From the NCBI GenBank assembly GCA_041630155.1, contig JBFKLX010000001.1, forward strand, positions 747-64,746: a DNA stretch of 64,000 nucleotides. Direction: 5' to 3'. A program made the position numbers and the translations under genes. The number at the start of each line of letters is the position of its first letter. Position 1 is the first letter of the stretch. Positions 19,369 through 29,124 of this stretch are shown here, one piece after another. The stretch is from Acidobacteriota bacterium. Its GTDB lineage: Bacteria; Acidobacteriota; UBA6911; RPQK01; JANQFM01. Under the pieces are notes generated by a model that had not been told where the DNA came from, ran no database searches, and saw only the letters and a program-made list of their open reading frames with translations.

Positions 19369-20079
19369 ATGAAAAGAATAGTGATAATTTCCACGATCCT
19401 CGCCTTCGGCTGCCTCCTCTTCGCAGGAGATTTCTGGGAAGAGACCCCCTACACGGAGTGGAGTCAGAAGCAGGCGGACAAGTTGCGTACGAATTCGCCG
19501 TGGGCCTCGGTCCAGAACATCACGGTCGCCCTGAACAAGAGGGGCAGCACGATCGACTCCACCAGCAGCAGCGGGCCGGCTTTCGGATCTCCCAGCAGCG
19601 AAGCCCGAGTAGGAGACTTTGCTCAGTCCCGGCAGTACTACGTTCGCTTTCAGTCTGCCAAACCCATCCGCATGGCCATCGCCCGGCTGAGTATGATCAA
19701 CGGCAACCCGGACCCCGAGGCCGTCAAGCGGTTCATCGAGACTCCGCTGGCGGACGGCGACATCGTAGTCATGCTTTCCCCATCCCCTGGCCAGGATCGA
19801 ACCGAACTGGACAACAACACCACCGATCTGCTCAAGAACGAGACCTACCTGATTACCAAGCAGAGCAAGAAGCGCATTCGCTTGAAACGGTACTTGACCC
19901 CTCAGGAAGCAGGAGGCCTGGAAGCGGTCTTCATCTTCCCCCGGCAGGAAAACGGCAAAGATCTGGTCATGGTTGCCGAGAAGGAAGTCCGTTTCGTCAC
20001 CGAGTTGAGCCGCGAAACCAAGATCAACCGGAAGTTCAAGCTCAAAGACATGGTGTTTCAGGGCAAACTCGAGATCTGA
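19369..20079 (+). CDS. hypothetical secreted protein
   Basis: GGGAG lies 8 nt upstream of ATG 19369. Signal peptide MKRIVIISTILAFGCLLFAG. The protein is Lys-rich and shows no recognisable family. Its local GC appears lower than the surrounding sequence. Confidence 0.55.
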   Translation: MKRIVIISTILAFGCLLFAGDFWEETPYTEWSQKQADKLRTNSPWASVQNITVALNKRGSTIDSTSSSGPAFGSPSSEARVGDFAQSRQYYVRFQSAKPIRMAIARLSMINGNPDPEAVKRFIETPLADGDIVVMLSPSPGQDRTELDNNTTDLLKNETYLITKQSKKRIRLKRYLTPQEAGGLEAVFIFPRQENGKDLVMVAEKEVRFVTELSRETKINRKFKLKDMVFQGKLEI

Positions 20080-20340
20080 GCGGGCCGAAGGGCGCTCGCT
20101 TCTCTGCTCTGATTCGAGCGGTTGTGACCCGGGCTAAAGGCCCGATCCTCCGGGCCTCTACCTCGTTGCCGCCGACTCGGGTGCTCGCGCCCCCGAAAGC
20201 CTCCTCCCCTCTGTTTCCGGGTTGCGGTACAGTCGGGCGTGGAGTCTGGTGCGCGGGCGAGATTCGAGGCTCGAGAATCAAATTTTCCTGGTACAGCCGA
20301 AGGCGGCCGGCGAGGTTGTAGCGGCGCTGTCGCATCGCGT

Positions 20341-20568
20341 ATGCTGAGTCAGATCGAGATCACCGTCAACGGGGAGACTCACGCGGTCCCCGCTCACTGG
20401 AGCGTGGAGGACCTGGTCAAGAGTCTGGAGCCGGCAGCCCGCGGCCCCGTTGCCGTGGAAGTCAACGAGGAGATAGTCCGCCGCGAACATTGGGCCGCCA
20501 CGAACCTGCAGCCGGGAGATCGGGTGGAAGTCGTTCATTTCGTCGGCGGTGGAGAATACGAGAGATGA
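20341..20568 (+). CDS. thiS: thiamine biosynthesis sulfur-carrier protein ThiS (with a 4-residue extension after the GG)
   Basis: [12 protein letters not shown]...[17 protein letters not shown]. This is the ThiS/MoaD beta-grasp pattern with ...HFVGGG, and the stop overlaps the thiG start (ATGA). Confidence 0.75.
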   Translation: MLSQIEITVNGETHAVPAHWSVEDLVKSLEPAARGPVAVEVNEEIVRREHWAATNLQPGDRVEVVHFVGGGEYER

Positions 20569-21338
20569 CGAATCAACTGACGATTGCCAACCGCACGTTC
20601 CAGTCCAGGCTCTTCGTGGGCACGGGCAAGTACTCGAGCTTCCCGGTGATGCAGCAGGCCCTGGAGGCAAGCGGCTCGGAAGTCGTCACGGTGGCCGTGC
20701 GGCGAGTGAACTTGACCGATCGCAGCCGGGAGTCGCTGCTGGATTACATCGACCGGGATCGTTACATGCTGCTGCCCAACACGGCCGGCTGTTACACCGC
20801 CCAGGACGCGATCCGCTACGCGCGCCTGGGCCGCGAGGCCGGTCTTTCGGAATGGATCAAACTGGAGGTTCTGGGAGACGAGAAGACCCTCTTCCCGGAC
20901 AACGAGGCGCTGCTGGACGCGACCCGCGTGCTGGTGAAGGAAGGTTTCGTGGTGCTCCCCTATACCAACGACGATCCGATCGTCTGCAAGAAACTGGAGG
21001 ACGCCGGAGCCGCCGCTGTCATGCCGCTGGGCGCTCCCATTGGTTCGGGGCTGGGAATCCAAAACCCCAACAACATCCGAATCATCCGGGAAATGGTTTC
21101 GCTCCCCGTCATCGTCGATGCGGGCGTGGGGACGGCTTCAGACGCCACCGTGGCAATGGAGCTGGGGGTCGATGGGGTCCTGATGAATACGGGCATCGCG
21201 GGTGCCAAAGATCCCATTCGCATGGCCCGCGCCATGAAACTCGCGGTGGAATCGGGACGGCTGGCCCACGAGGCCGGGCGCATTCCCAAGAAGCTGTACG
21301 CCACGGCCAGCAGCCCTCTGGAGGGAATATTGACGTAG
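20565..21338 (+). CDS. thiG: thiazole synthase ThiG
   Basis: [23 protein letters not shown]..., ...[13 protein letters not shown]..., [10 protein letters not shown]. These motifs are typical of ThiG. Confidence 0.9.
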   Translation: MTNQLTIANRTFQSRLFVGTGKYSSFPVMQQALEASGSEVVTVAVRRVNLTDRSRESLLDYIDRDRYMLLPNTAGCYTAQDAIRYARLGREAGLSEWIKLEVLGDEKTLFPDNEALLDATRVLVKEGFVVLPYTNDDPIVCKKLEDAGAAAVMPLGAPIGSGLGIQNPNNIRIIREMVSLPVIVDAGVGTASDATVAMELGVDGVLMNTGIAGAKDPIRMARAMKLAVESGRLAHEAGRIPKKLYATASSPLEGILT

Positions 21339-21403
21339 CCGGCCTGAACGCCGGAAAGGGGCGATTCGTGCTGTTGGCTAGCCGCTGATGAAGGCAAACT
21401 CCG

Positions 21404-22501
21404 ATGAAAAAGGTTCACGTCGAGCTCGGCCAGCGCAGCTATGACATCCTGATCGCACCTCACCTGCTCGGGCAGGCGCCGGAGCTCTTCCGGAAGCACG
21501 GCATTGGCAGCCGAATGTTCCTGGTCGCAAACACTACGGTGTTTCAGCTCTACGGCCAGCCGCTGGTCGAACGCCTGAGGGGATCCGGCTTTCGGGTGAC
21601 CGAGATCTTCATCCCCGACGGCGAGAAGTTCAAGAACCTGCACACAGTAGAAAACATCTACACCTACTTGATCGCCCAGCGGGCCGACCGTTCCTCCACC
21701 ATCGCGGCGCTGGGCGGGGGCGTGACCGGCGACATCGCCGGCTTCGTTGCCGCCACTTTCCTGCGCGGAATCCCCTACCTGCAGATTCCGACGACCGTGC
21801 TCTCCCAGGTCGACAGCTCCGTGGGCGGAAAGACCGGCGTCAACCATCCCCACGGCAAGAACATGATCGGTGTCTTCTATCAGCCCAGCCTGGTGTGCGT
21901 GGACACCGATACGCTGAACACCCTCAACGAGCGTGAATACCGTTCCGGGCTCTACGAAGTCCTCAAGTACGGCCTGATCTATGACGAGTCCTTCTTCGAC
22001 TACCTGCTCGAACATCTCGACGGACTGCTGGAGCGCCGGTCGGAGGTGCTCGAGCCGGTCATCGGTCGATGCTGCGAGATCAAGGCCGAGGTGACGACGA
22101 TCGACGAAAAAGAGGCCGGTTTGCGCCGGATCCTCAACTTTGGCCACACCTTCGGGCACGCTCTCGAGGTAGTGGCGGGGTTCCAGGGGATCACCCACGG
22201 AGAGGCCGTCGGATATGGAATGCTGGCGGCCAACCGCCTCTCCTTGCGCCTGGGGCTGCTCGGCGAGCGAGAGGTCCAGCGCATCCACGACGCCATTCTG
22301 AGGTTGGGACCCTTGCCTAACGTCGATCACCTGGCGGTCGACCGTTTGCTCGAGGCGATGGAGCGCGACAAGAAGCGGCAGGATGACCAGAAGGTCTTCG
22401 TGTTGCTGAAAGACATCGGAACAACCGAGATGCAGTCGAATATCGACGACAAGACAATTTCCGAGATCTGGAAAGAAGTCCTACCCTTGCCACAGGCTTG
22501 A
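21404..22501 (+). CDS. aroB: 3-dehydroquinate synthase
   Basis: GGGVTGDIAGFVAATFLRGIPYLQIPTT, VDSSVGGKTGVNHPHGKNMIG and NFGHTFGHALE are DHQ synthase signatures. Confidence 0.9.
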   Translation: MKKVHVELGQRSYDILIAPHLLGQAPELFRKHGIGSRMFLVANTTVFQLYGQPLVERLRGSGFRVTEIFIPDGEKFKNLHTVENIYTYLIAQRADRSSTIAALGGGVTGDIAGFVAATFLRGIPYLQIPTTVLSQVDSSVGGKTGVNHPHGKNMIGVFYQPSLVCVDTDTLNTLNEREYRSGLYEVLKYGLIYDESFFDYLLEHLDGLLERRSEVLEPVIGRCCEIKAEVTTIDEKEAGLRRILNFGHTFGHALEVVAGFQGITHGEAVGYGMLAANRLSLRLGLLGEREVQRIHDAILRLGPLPNVDHLAVDRLLEAMERDKKRQDDQKVFVLLKDIGTTEMQSNIDDKTISEIWKEVLPLPQA

Positions 22502-22518
22502 CCCGAGCCGGACGAGAC

Positions 22519-23217
22519 ATGGTCGATCGCAAGTCAGAGCGGATCCGCCGGATGTTTGGCAGCATAGCGCCCCGCTACGACCTGCTCAATCGGGTGCTCT
22601 CGCTTTCGATCGATCAACGTTGGCGATCCTTCGCGCGGCGCAACCTGGAGTTGCTCCTTCCCCCAGAGGCGCGCATCCTCGACCTTTGCACCGGGACCGG
22701 GGACGTGGCTCTCGAGTTTTCCGGACGCGGAGAGGTGATTGGCTGCGACTTCTGTCATGAAATGCTGGTGATCGGCCAGCAGAAAGTCCGGCGGCGGCGG
22801 CTCAACGGCCGGGTGAAATTCGTGGAGGGAGACGCTTTGCAGCTCCCCTTTCGCTCCGACTTCTTCGACCTGATCACGATCGCCTTCGGCTTTCGCAACC
22901 TGGAGGACTACAGCGCGGGCCTGCGAGAGATGCACCGCGTGTTGAAGGCCCGGGGCCGGCTGGCCATCCTGGAATTCTCCCAGCCCCGCTGGCCGGTCTT
23001 CCGACAGGTCTACCACTTCTACTTCACGCGCCTGCTGCCGCTGGTGGGAAGAATCGTCTCAGGCAAGGACGGCCCTTACTCTTACCTCCCGGAGTCGGTT
23101 GGGGAGTTTCCGACCCCGGATCGGTTGGGACGAATGATCCTGGAGTCGGGCTTTCTGGAAGTGAGCCACCTTCCACTGACCGGCGGCATCGCCACGCTGC
23201 ACGTTTCGGTGAAGTAG
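22519..23217 (+). CDS. ubiE: demethylmenaquinone/ubiquinone C-methyltransferase (UbiE/MenG)
   Basis: ERIRRMFGSIAPRYDLLNRVLS, SAM-binding LDLCTGTGDVA, and ...LEFSQP. The start is chosen at the internal ATG (MVDRKSER); the ORF track begins at an upstream TTG at 22498. Confidence 0.85.
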   Translation: MVDRKSERIRRMFGSIAPRYDLLNRVLSLSIDQRWRSFARRNLELLLPPEARILDLCTGTGDVALEFSGRGEVIGCDFCHEMLVIGQQKVRRRRLNGRVKFVEGDALQLPFRSDFFDLITIAFGFRNLEDYSAGLREMHRVLKARGRLAILEFSQPRWPVFRQVYHFYFTRLLPLVGRIVSGKDGPYSYLPESVGEFPTPDRLGRMILESGFLEVSHLPLTGGIATLHVSVK

Positions 23218-23357
23218 GGCGTGCGGCGTGGGCCTCGCGGCTCCGGGGGCGCGTGACACGGCATCCGGCCAGTGATTTTCCCCCTCCCGGATTCACCAGT
23301 TGAGATGCCAGTTTCGCTTTCCCCCCAAAGGTCCCAAGGCCCACGGCCGACAAGCCC

Positions 23358-24488
23358 TCATTCCCGTCGTCCCAGTCGGGATTGGACCGTCTCAGCCAGT
23401 GCTTCACCGATCAATCGGTTTCCGGTCGCGTCCGGGTGGGCGAAATCGAAATACAAGGCGGCGCCGCCGGCCCGGGCCAGTTCGCCCTCGAACAGTTGGT
23501 ATTCAACGCCCCGTTGCCGCGCCATCCGCGCAGCGCGCTCCAGAAATGCGCGAGCCTGCCGAGTGGACTCTTTCTGGTCCGGCTCGAAGACGAAGCGGGA
23601 AGGCAGGATCAGGAGCAGCATTGGGATTCGGCGGGCTTCCAGAAGGCGCCGCGTCGCCCCCAGGGCATCGAACAAACGCTGCCATCCTGCCTCTACGCGG
23701 TCCGCAGTCAGGAAGGGTCGGTCGAAATCCAAGTGAAAATAGGGCGGAGGGAGCTGCTGGGCGAAAACTCCGCGCGGCCACCAGTTCCACCAGGTCGTCA
23801 GGAGCCGGCGCATCAAAAGTGTATACACGTATGTCTCTTCTGGAAGATAGGGTCCCCAGGTCATGCTTCCGAGCAGGTTGCCGTCCCAGGCCACGACGTA
23901 GCGGCCTCCGCGGACCCGTCTGGGTCCTCCGAAATCGTCCTGGCCTTGCCAGAACAACAGCGCCTCGTCGGTGACGTCGTTGCACAATTCGACCTGAATC
24001 AGCACCAGACGCGGTTGGTAGGCCAGTCCTTCGTGGCCGAGATAGGCGTGATAACTGGAAGGTGAGTAGCCCTGACCGGCCGCGTTGATGACTCTCCAGC
24101 GGACGGTCTGGAGGTCTGAATGAGGTGAGCTGCCGTTGAGCCGCGCCTCCAGAACCTTGGTGTATTGCTGGGAAAGGTCGATTCCCCAGCCGAATCCGAC
24201 CGAGTCTCCCAATGCCAGTACTCGGCCCTCTCCAGGAGGGGGAGTGAGCGGAAACTTTTCATCCCCTCGAAGGCCGTAATCGTTGGTGGAAAAACGCATT
24301 CCACTCACTTCGCCTGAAAAGTTGGGCTTCAGGCGAATTGGCATATAGGCGGCCGCAATCGTGTCGTTGCGAGCCTCACCGGCACCTTTCACTCGCGCCA
24401 CCAGCCATTCCACCGGCACCAGCACGACGGGGAAAACCAGAAGGAAGAGCAGCAGCCGGTGCCAGGGATTCCTCGAAGAAACGCTCAT
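23358..24488 (-). CDS. SGNH/GDSL-family hydrolase with N-terminal membrane anchor
   Basis: TM anchor LLLFLLVFPVVLVPV. The GDS block is LALGDSVGFGWG, with a C-terminal DxxH-like region. Confidence 0.6.
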   Translation of the reverse strand: MSVSSRNPWHRLLLFLLVFPVVLVPVEWLVARVKGAGEARNDTIAAAYMPIRLKPNFSGEVSGMRFSTNDYGLRGDEKFPLTPPPGEGRVLALGDSVGFGWGIDLSQQYTKVLEARLNGSSPHSDLQTVRWRVINAAGQGYSPSSYHAYLGHEGLAYQPRLVLIQVELCNDVTDEALLFWQGQDDFGGPRRVRGGRYVVAWDGNLLGSMTWGPYLPEETYVYTLLMRRLLTTWWNWWPRGVFAQQLPPPYFHLDFDRPFLTADRVEAGWQRLFDALGATRRLLEARRIPMLLLILPSRFVFEPDQKESTRQARAFLERAARMARQRGVEYQLFEGELARAGGAALYFDFAHPDATGNRLIGEALAETVQSRLGRRE

Positions 24489-24759
24489 GGTCCTGTGTTC
24501 CCTGGGCAGAATTGTAGAAATGCTCGAGGCAAACGGAAAGGGTCTGGGCAGAGATGAGGTCGGAACCGTTGCCGGGTTTGCGCATTTTCAGGGCCGACCT
24601 GCCCTGTCCCCAGCCCGGGGATGCAGTGTTGCCTGACACTCCCTACGCCGTCAATCATGCGATCCTGTCCCGGCGGCATTCGATGATTGGCTCTGGGATT
24701 TCGAGTCGGGAGGGACTCCCTTTTGGGGGCGACTCGGGCCTCCGGTTGGGAAGCCGGTG

Positions 24760-25539
24760 TCACGCGGGCCCCTCGGGATCTCGGCGCAGCTGCCGGCCAT
24801 CTGGATCGAACAGCGAGAGTCGCAGCACTCCCCATTTTTGCAGGCGGTAGGAAAGCGCGGTCGCCATGACTCCGAGGCCGTATCGAATCGAACGCCAGAA
24901 GTCGATGCTGGAGGCGTCGGGGCGGTAGCGGGTCGGGCAACTGATTTCCCCGATCCGAAAGCCAAAGTAGAGGGCCTGAACGATCAGCTGGTTGTCGAAG
25001 ACGAAATCATCCGAGTTCTCCCCGAGGGGCAGCGTTTCCAGCAAGGGTCGTGAAAAAGCGCGATAACCGGTGTGGTACTCGGAGAGCTTGGCCAGCGTGC
25101 ACAGGTTTTCGAACCAGGTGAGGAATCGGTTGGCGACATACTTGTAGAGCGGCATGCCTCCCTTCAGGGCAGTCCCGCCGAGAATGCGTGACCCCAGCAC
25201 CAGGTCGTACTGTCCGCTGACCACCATCGCTGCCATGGCGGGAATCAGGCGGGGTGTGTACTGGTAGTCCGGGTGCAGCATGACGAACACGTCTGCGTCC
25301 AGGCGCAGGGCTTCCCGGTAGCAGGTCTTCTGGTTGCCGCCATAGCCCCGGTTCAGCGGATGGACGAAGGTGCGAATGCCCAGCGAATTTGCCACCGAAA
25401 CCGTGTCGTCCTGGCTGGCGTCGTCCACCAGCAGGACCTCATCCACGAAATCGTGTGGGATCTCTTGAAAGGTTTTCTCCAGCGTGGCTGCCGCGTTGTA
25501 GGCGGGAAGCACCACCGCGATCCGCTTGCCTTGCAGCAT
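24760..25539 (-). CDS. family 2 glycosyltransferase (dolichol-phosphate-mannose synthase-like)
   Basis: The start [20 protein letters not shown] is the GT-A N-terminus. DDASQDDT (DxD) is present. It is related to GtrB/DPM1-like enzymes. Confidence 0.8.
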   Translation of the reverse strand: MLQGKRIAVVLPAYNAAATLEKTFQEIPHDFVDEVLLVDDASQDDTVSVANSLGIRTFVHPLNRGYGGNQKTCYREALRLDADVFVMLHPDYQYTPRLIPAMAAMVVSGQYDLVLGSRILGGTALKGGMPLYKYVANRFLTWFENLCTLAKLSEYHTGYRAFSRPLLETLPLGENSDDFVFDNQLIVQALYFGFRIGEISCPTRYRPDASSIDFWRSIRYGLGVMATALSYRLQKWGVLRLSLFDPDGRQLRRDPEGPA

Positions 25540-25628
25540 AGGGCCAGGATTATATAGCGGCGGGAGGCGCAGCGGGCGGTTCATCCCCGGTTTTCAGCCA
25601 GGGCGCACCGCTCCCGCCGCCCTCTCGA

Positions 25629-28600
25629 TCAGCCTCCCGGTTGCCCGGAAGTCGCCGGCGCTGGCGGCGTCTGCTCGTAGTCGAACGATTTGTCCGGGAA
25701 GGGGGGAGGCGCCGGAACCTCTCTGGGGTCCTGGGCGATGCGCTCGAGCAGGTGGCTGATGGCCGCGTCCAGCTGAGCGTCCTGACCCTGGAAAGTGGCG
25801 TGGGGCAGGTTGCGGACCTCCAGGTCCGGGACGACTCCGTGTCCCTCGATCAGCCAGTCCCCTTCAGGGCCGTACACGCCCAGCTGCGGCGCTCGGGCGT
25901 AGCCCCGGTCCGTCAGGCGATTGTTGCTGCTGAGCCAGATTTCACCACCCCAGGTGCGCACCCCGATGACGGGCCCCAGCCCGAGTCGGCGGAAGCCCTC
26001 AGCGAACGCCTCTCCGTCCGACGCGGTCAGCTCGTCGACCAGCACCACCATGTGCCCGCGGAAGGCATACTGCATGTTCCAGAAGGGCTGGCCCGTGCGT
26101 CCCTGCCAGTAGAACCAGGCTCGGCGCAGCAACTTTTCCAGGATGAGGCTGTCGATGTTCCCCCCGCTGTTGTGCCGCACGTCCACGATCAGGCCGGGCC
26201 GATCGAAGACCGGATAGAAGTTGCGGTACCACTCGGTGAGATTGTCCGAGCCCATGGCCCGCAGGTGGACGTAGCCGAGCTGGCCCTGGCTCTGCTCCTC
26301 GACGTGCAGGCGCCGTGTGTGTTGCCAATCGCGGTACCGCAGAGCCCGGTCTTCAGCCGCGCTGAGTGGTTTCACGACCAGGTCCCGCAAGACCTCGCCG
26401 CGAGCCAGCCCCAGCAGCACTTGCTTGCCTTTCTGATTGCGCAGCAAAGCCCCGATGTCGGCGACCTCCAGCGTCGGCACCCCGTTGACGGAGTGGATGA
26501 CGTCGCCTTGGCGGACGTCCAGTTCGGGGTCGGCCAGTGGGGAACGCTCATTCGGATAGTCGGGATCGCTCTGGTAGACGTATTCGATTCGGTAGCCTCC
26601 CGCTTCAGGGGACCGGACGAGACGGGCGCCCAATGACGCCAGTTCGATCTGATCGCGGCCTTCCCGGTGGTCGCCGCCGCGCACACTCACGTGCAGGGCC
26701 GACAGCTCGCCCACCAGCTGGCCGATCAGGTCGCTCAACTCTCCACGGGTAGTGACGCGCTCGACCAGGGGCAGGTACTTCTGCAGCATGGCGTCCCAAT
26801 CCAGCCCGTGCATGGCCGGGTCGTAGAAATAGTCCCGCTCCAGCCGCCAGGCGTCCACGAAGAGCTGCCGGAAATCCTCTCGGACGTCCAGAGTGAACTT
26901 CCAGTCCTGGAGGTTGAGCTTGTGATCCTCGAGCTTGGCCGGCTTGGAGGGCTTGGCTTCCAGGACGTAGAGGATCTCCCCCTGCCTGGCCAGCAGCTTC
27001 TTGCCGTTGGCCGAGAGCTGCACTTCCCTGACTCGATCGGCCAGTTCGACGGGCTTGGGCTCGTCTGTTTCCGGGGCGATCTTCAATGCCAGCAGTTTAC
27101 CGCCCGGGCTGCCGCGCTCCTGGTCGAGGAAGAACAGCGCTTCTGCGTTGACCGCCAGATCGCTGTAGTTTCCGGGCTTTACGGGCACCTCCCGGAGGCG
27201 CAGCTCCAGCCCTTCCAGATCGATCCGGACCTGGGGCTCGCCACCCGCCTCGCCGGCTTCCGGCTCTTCTTTCGGCGAAAGTTCGTCGGGGGGCTCGAAG
27301 GGTGAGCGCAAGCCCCGGCGGAGCGCCACCTCGTAAATCTTCATGCTCTTGTCGAAAAAGGCTTCCGGCTGCCGGGGACCCCAGGGGCTTCGAACCAGCG
27401 AGTCCAGGTTCCGATCTGAGACAAAGTAGAGGAACTGACCGTCGGGGCTCCAGGCCGGGTAGCGGCTATTGACGCGGTTGCTGGTCAGCGCTTTTCGGAG
27501 CGCGTCCTCCGGGTGGTAAAGGTGGATCTGCACGTAGCTGTTGCGGGCGACCTCGGCATAGGCCAGCCAGCGGCTGTCGGGAGACCAGGACATTTCTCTC
27601 AAGCCTTCCCGGCCGGCGGACACGCGGAGCTGCCGGCCCGATTCGACCTCCAGGATCCACAGGTCGTCGTTCTTGTCCGTATAGGCGACCCGCTTGCCGT
27701 CGGGGGACGGGTAGCCCTGGAAGCGCAAGATCGTGCCGTCGCTGGTGAGCGGCAGGCCTTTGCCGACTCCGTTGGCGGACAGCTTCCAGAATTCCAGCTC
27801 ACCCGACACGTCCGAGAGGGCCAGCACTGACTCGCCGTCGGGCATGAACACGGCGTCCCGGTACCGGACGCCGGGCTGGCGGGTGACCTGTACGAGCCGT
27901 CCCCCCTTTACGGGCAGCACGAAAACGCGCCCTCGAGTGGTGGCCGCCACCCGGGTGCCGTCAGGGCTGAGATGGAGGGAGGTCAGATACTCCATGGGAT
28001 CGTTCACCCACTTCTCCCGCAGCTGATCGAAGTCCGAGCTGAGTGTCACCTCGATCCGCCGGTCCTCTCCGGAAGCGATTTCGAGCATCCGCAGATCGGC
28101 TCCCAGCTGGTAAGCGATGCGTCCCTGGTTCAGGGAGGGGTGCAGGACGTCCCAGCCGCGGTGAGAGGTGTGCTGGCGCAGGTCGTCTCCCTCTCCGTCC
28201 ATCGACCAGACGTTCATGTTGCCGTCGCGGTCGCAGACGAAGTAGACGCGTCCATCCCACCACATGGGCGAGTGATCCTCGCCCGGAAAGTTGCCGGTCA
28301 AATTGACGGCTTCCGGTTGGCCGCGGGTGAACTTCCAGATGTCGCGGGCCGTGCCCCCCTGGTAGCGCTTGGTGTTGTTGCGATGGAAGGCAGGGCTCTC
28401 GAAGTAGAGCGTCTCTCCACTCGAGTCGTAGACGCCGGCGCCGGCGGGAGTCAGAGGGATGCGCTCGGTGCGGTGATTCTCCAGATCGAGCGCCGCCAGC
28501 TCGGGATTGGGCAGAGTGGAAAACTGTGAGGTTCGATAGAGGAGCCGGTTGTCCGGTGTCCAGCCCACCACAATGGACTCTGCCGGCTCGAAGGTGCGCC

Positions 28601-28892
28601 GCACCGGCAGCCCACCCTCCACCCCCATGGTGTAGACCTCGGTGGGACCCTCATAGCTGGCCGAGAACGCCAGAATCGTGCCGTCCTGTGAAGGGCGAGG
28701 ATGGGTTTCCTCTTCGGCGTGGCTGGTCAATCGCCTGGCCACGCCACCGCTGACTCCGACGCTCCAGAGGTCGCCCTCGGCCGTGAAATAGAGCCGGTCG
28801 CCGTGAAGGGCCGGAAATCGATAATAGCCTTCAGCACCCCACGCCGGGACACTGCACAACCAGAAAGACAAGAAGAGAAGGAATCGTTTCAT
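25629..28892 (-). CDS. tricorn protease homolog (beta-propeller + PDZ + S41 peptidase), secreted
   Basis: The start MKRFLLFLSFWLCSVPAWGAEG is a signal peptide. TolB-like propeller repeats (DGRVYFVCDRDGNMNVWSMD) are present. The C-terminal S41 region is LVVDVRHNSGGNIDSLILEKL. Total about 1087 aa. Confidence 0.8.
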   Translation of the reverse strand: MKRFLLFLSFWLCSVPAWGAEGYYRFPALHGDRLYFTAEGDLWSVGVSGGVARRLTSHAEEETHPRPSQDGTILAFSASYEGPTEVYTMGVEGGLPVRRTFEPAESIVVGWTPDNRLLYRTSQFSTLPNPELAALDLENHRTERIPLTPAGAGVYDSSGETLYFESPAFHRNNTKRYQGGTARDIWKFTRGQPEAVNLTGNFPGEDHSPMWWDGRVYFVCDRDGNMNVWSMDGEGDDLRQHTSHRGWDVLHPSLNQGRIAYQLGADLRMLEIASGEDRRIEVTLSSDFDQLREKWVNDPMEYLTSLHLSPDGTRVAATTRGRVFVLPVKGGRLVQVTRQPGVRYRDAVFMPDGESVLALSDVSGELEFWKLSANGVGKGLPLTSDGTILRFQGYPSPDGKRVAYTDKNDDLWILEVESGRQLRVSAGREGLREMSWSPDSRWLAYAEVARNSYVQIHLYHPEDALRKALTSNRVNSRYPAWSPDGQFLYFVSDRNLDSLVRSPWGPRQPEAFFDKSMKIYEVALRRGLRSPFEPPDELSPKEEPEAGEAGGEPQVRIDLEGLELRLREVPVKPGNYSDLAVNAEALFFLDQERGSPGGKLLALKIAPETDEPKPVELADRVREVQLSANGKKLLARQGEILYVLEAKPSKPAKLEDHKLNLQDWKFTLDVREDFRQLFVDAWRLERDYFYDPAMHGLDWDAMLQKYLPLVERVTTRGELSDLIGQLVGELSALHVSVRGGDHREGRDQIELASLGARLVRSPEAGGYRIEYVYQSDPDYPNERSPLADPELDVRQGDVIHSVNGVPTLEVADIGALLRNQKGKQVLLGLARGEVLRDLVVKPLSAAEDRALRYRDWQHTRRLHVEEQSQGQLGYVHLRAMGSDNLTEWYRNFYPVFDRPGLIVDVRHNSGGNIDSLILEKLLRRAWFYWQGRTGQPFWNMQYAFRGHMVVLVDELTASDGEAFAEGFRRLGLGPVIGVRTWGGEIWLSSNNRLTDRGYARAPQLGVYGPEGDWLIEGHGVVPDLEVRNLPHATFQGQDAQLDAAISHLLERIAQDPREVPAPPPFPDKSFDYEQTPPAPATSGQPGG

Positions 28893-29124
28893 GTCGACCA
28901 TCCTGTTGGAATGAGCCTGCCGAATTTGGAACCTGTACGCCAAGACCCGTCCGCCAACTGTAGCAGTTTTTCTCTCGCCTCTGTGAGTCGGAGCTATGGG
29001 GTGTTGGCTGGGGTACTGGACCGAGTATCGGCTGTCCTGCCCCCGATCCGTTCGAAGTCGGGTGCCTTCCGGTGTGGGCTTTGTTAGCATGAGTCTCAGC
29101 ATTGGCTCCGGAGGGGAAATCGTC

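Noticed and set aside
20080-20340. Possible TPP (THI-box) riboswitch upstream of thiS-thiG
   Set aside because: I read the 260-nt leader. It has no CUGAGA element and no ACCUGAUCUGGAUAAUGCCAGCG-like pyrimidine-sensing arm. Only generic GC-rich hairpins are present (for example 20138-20157).
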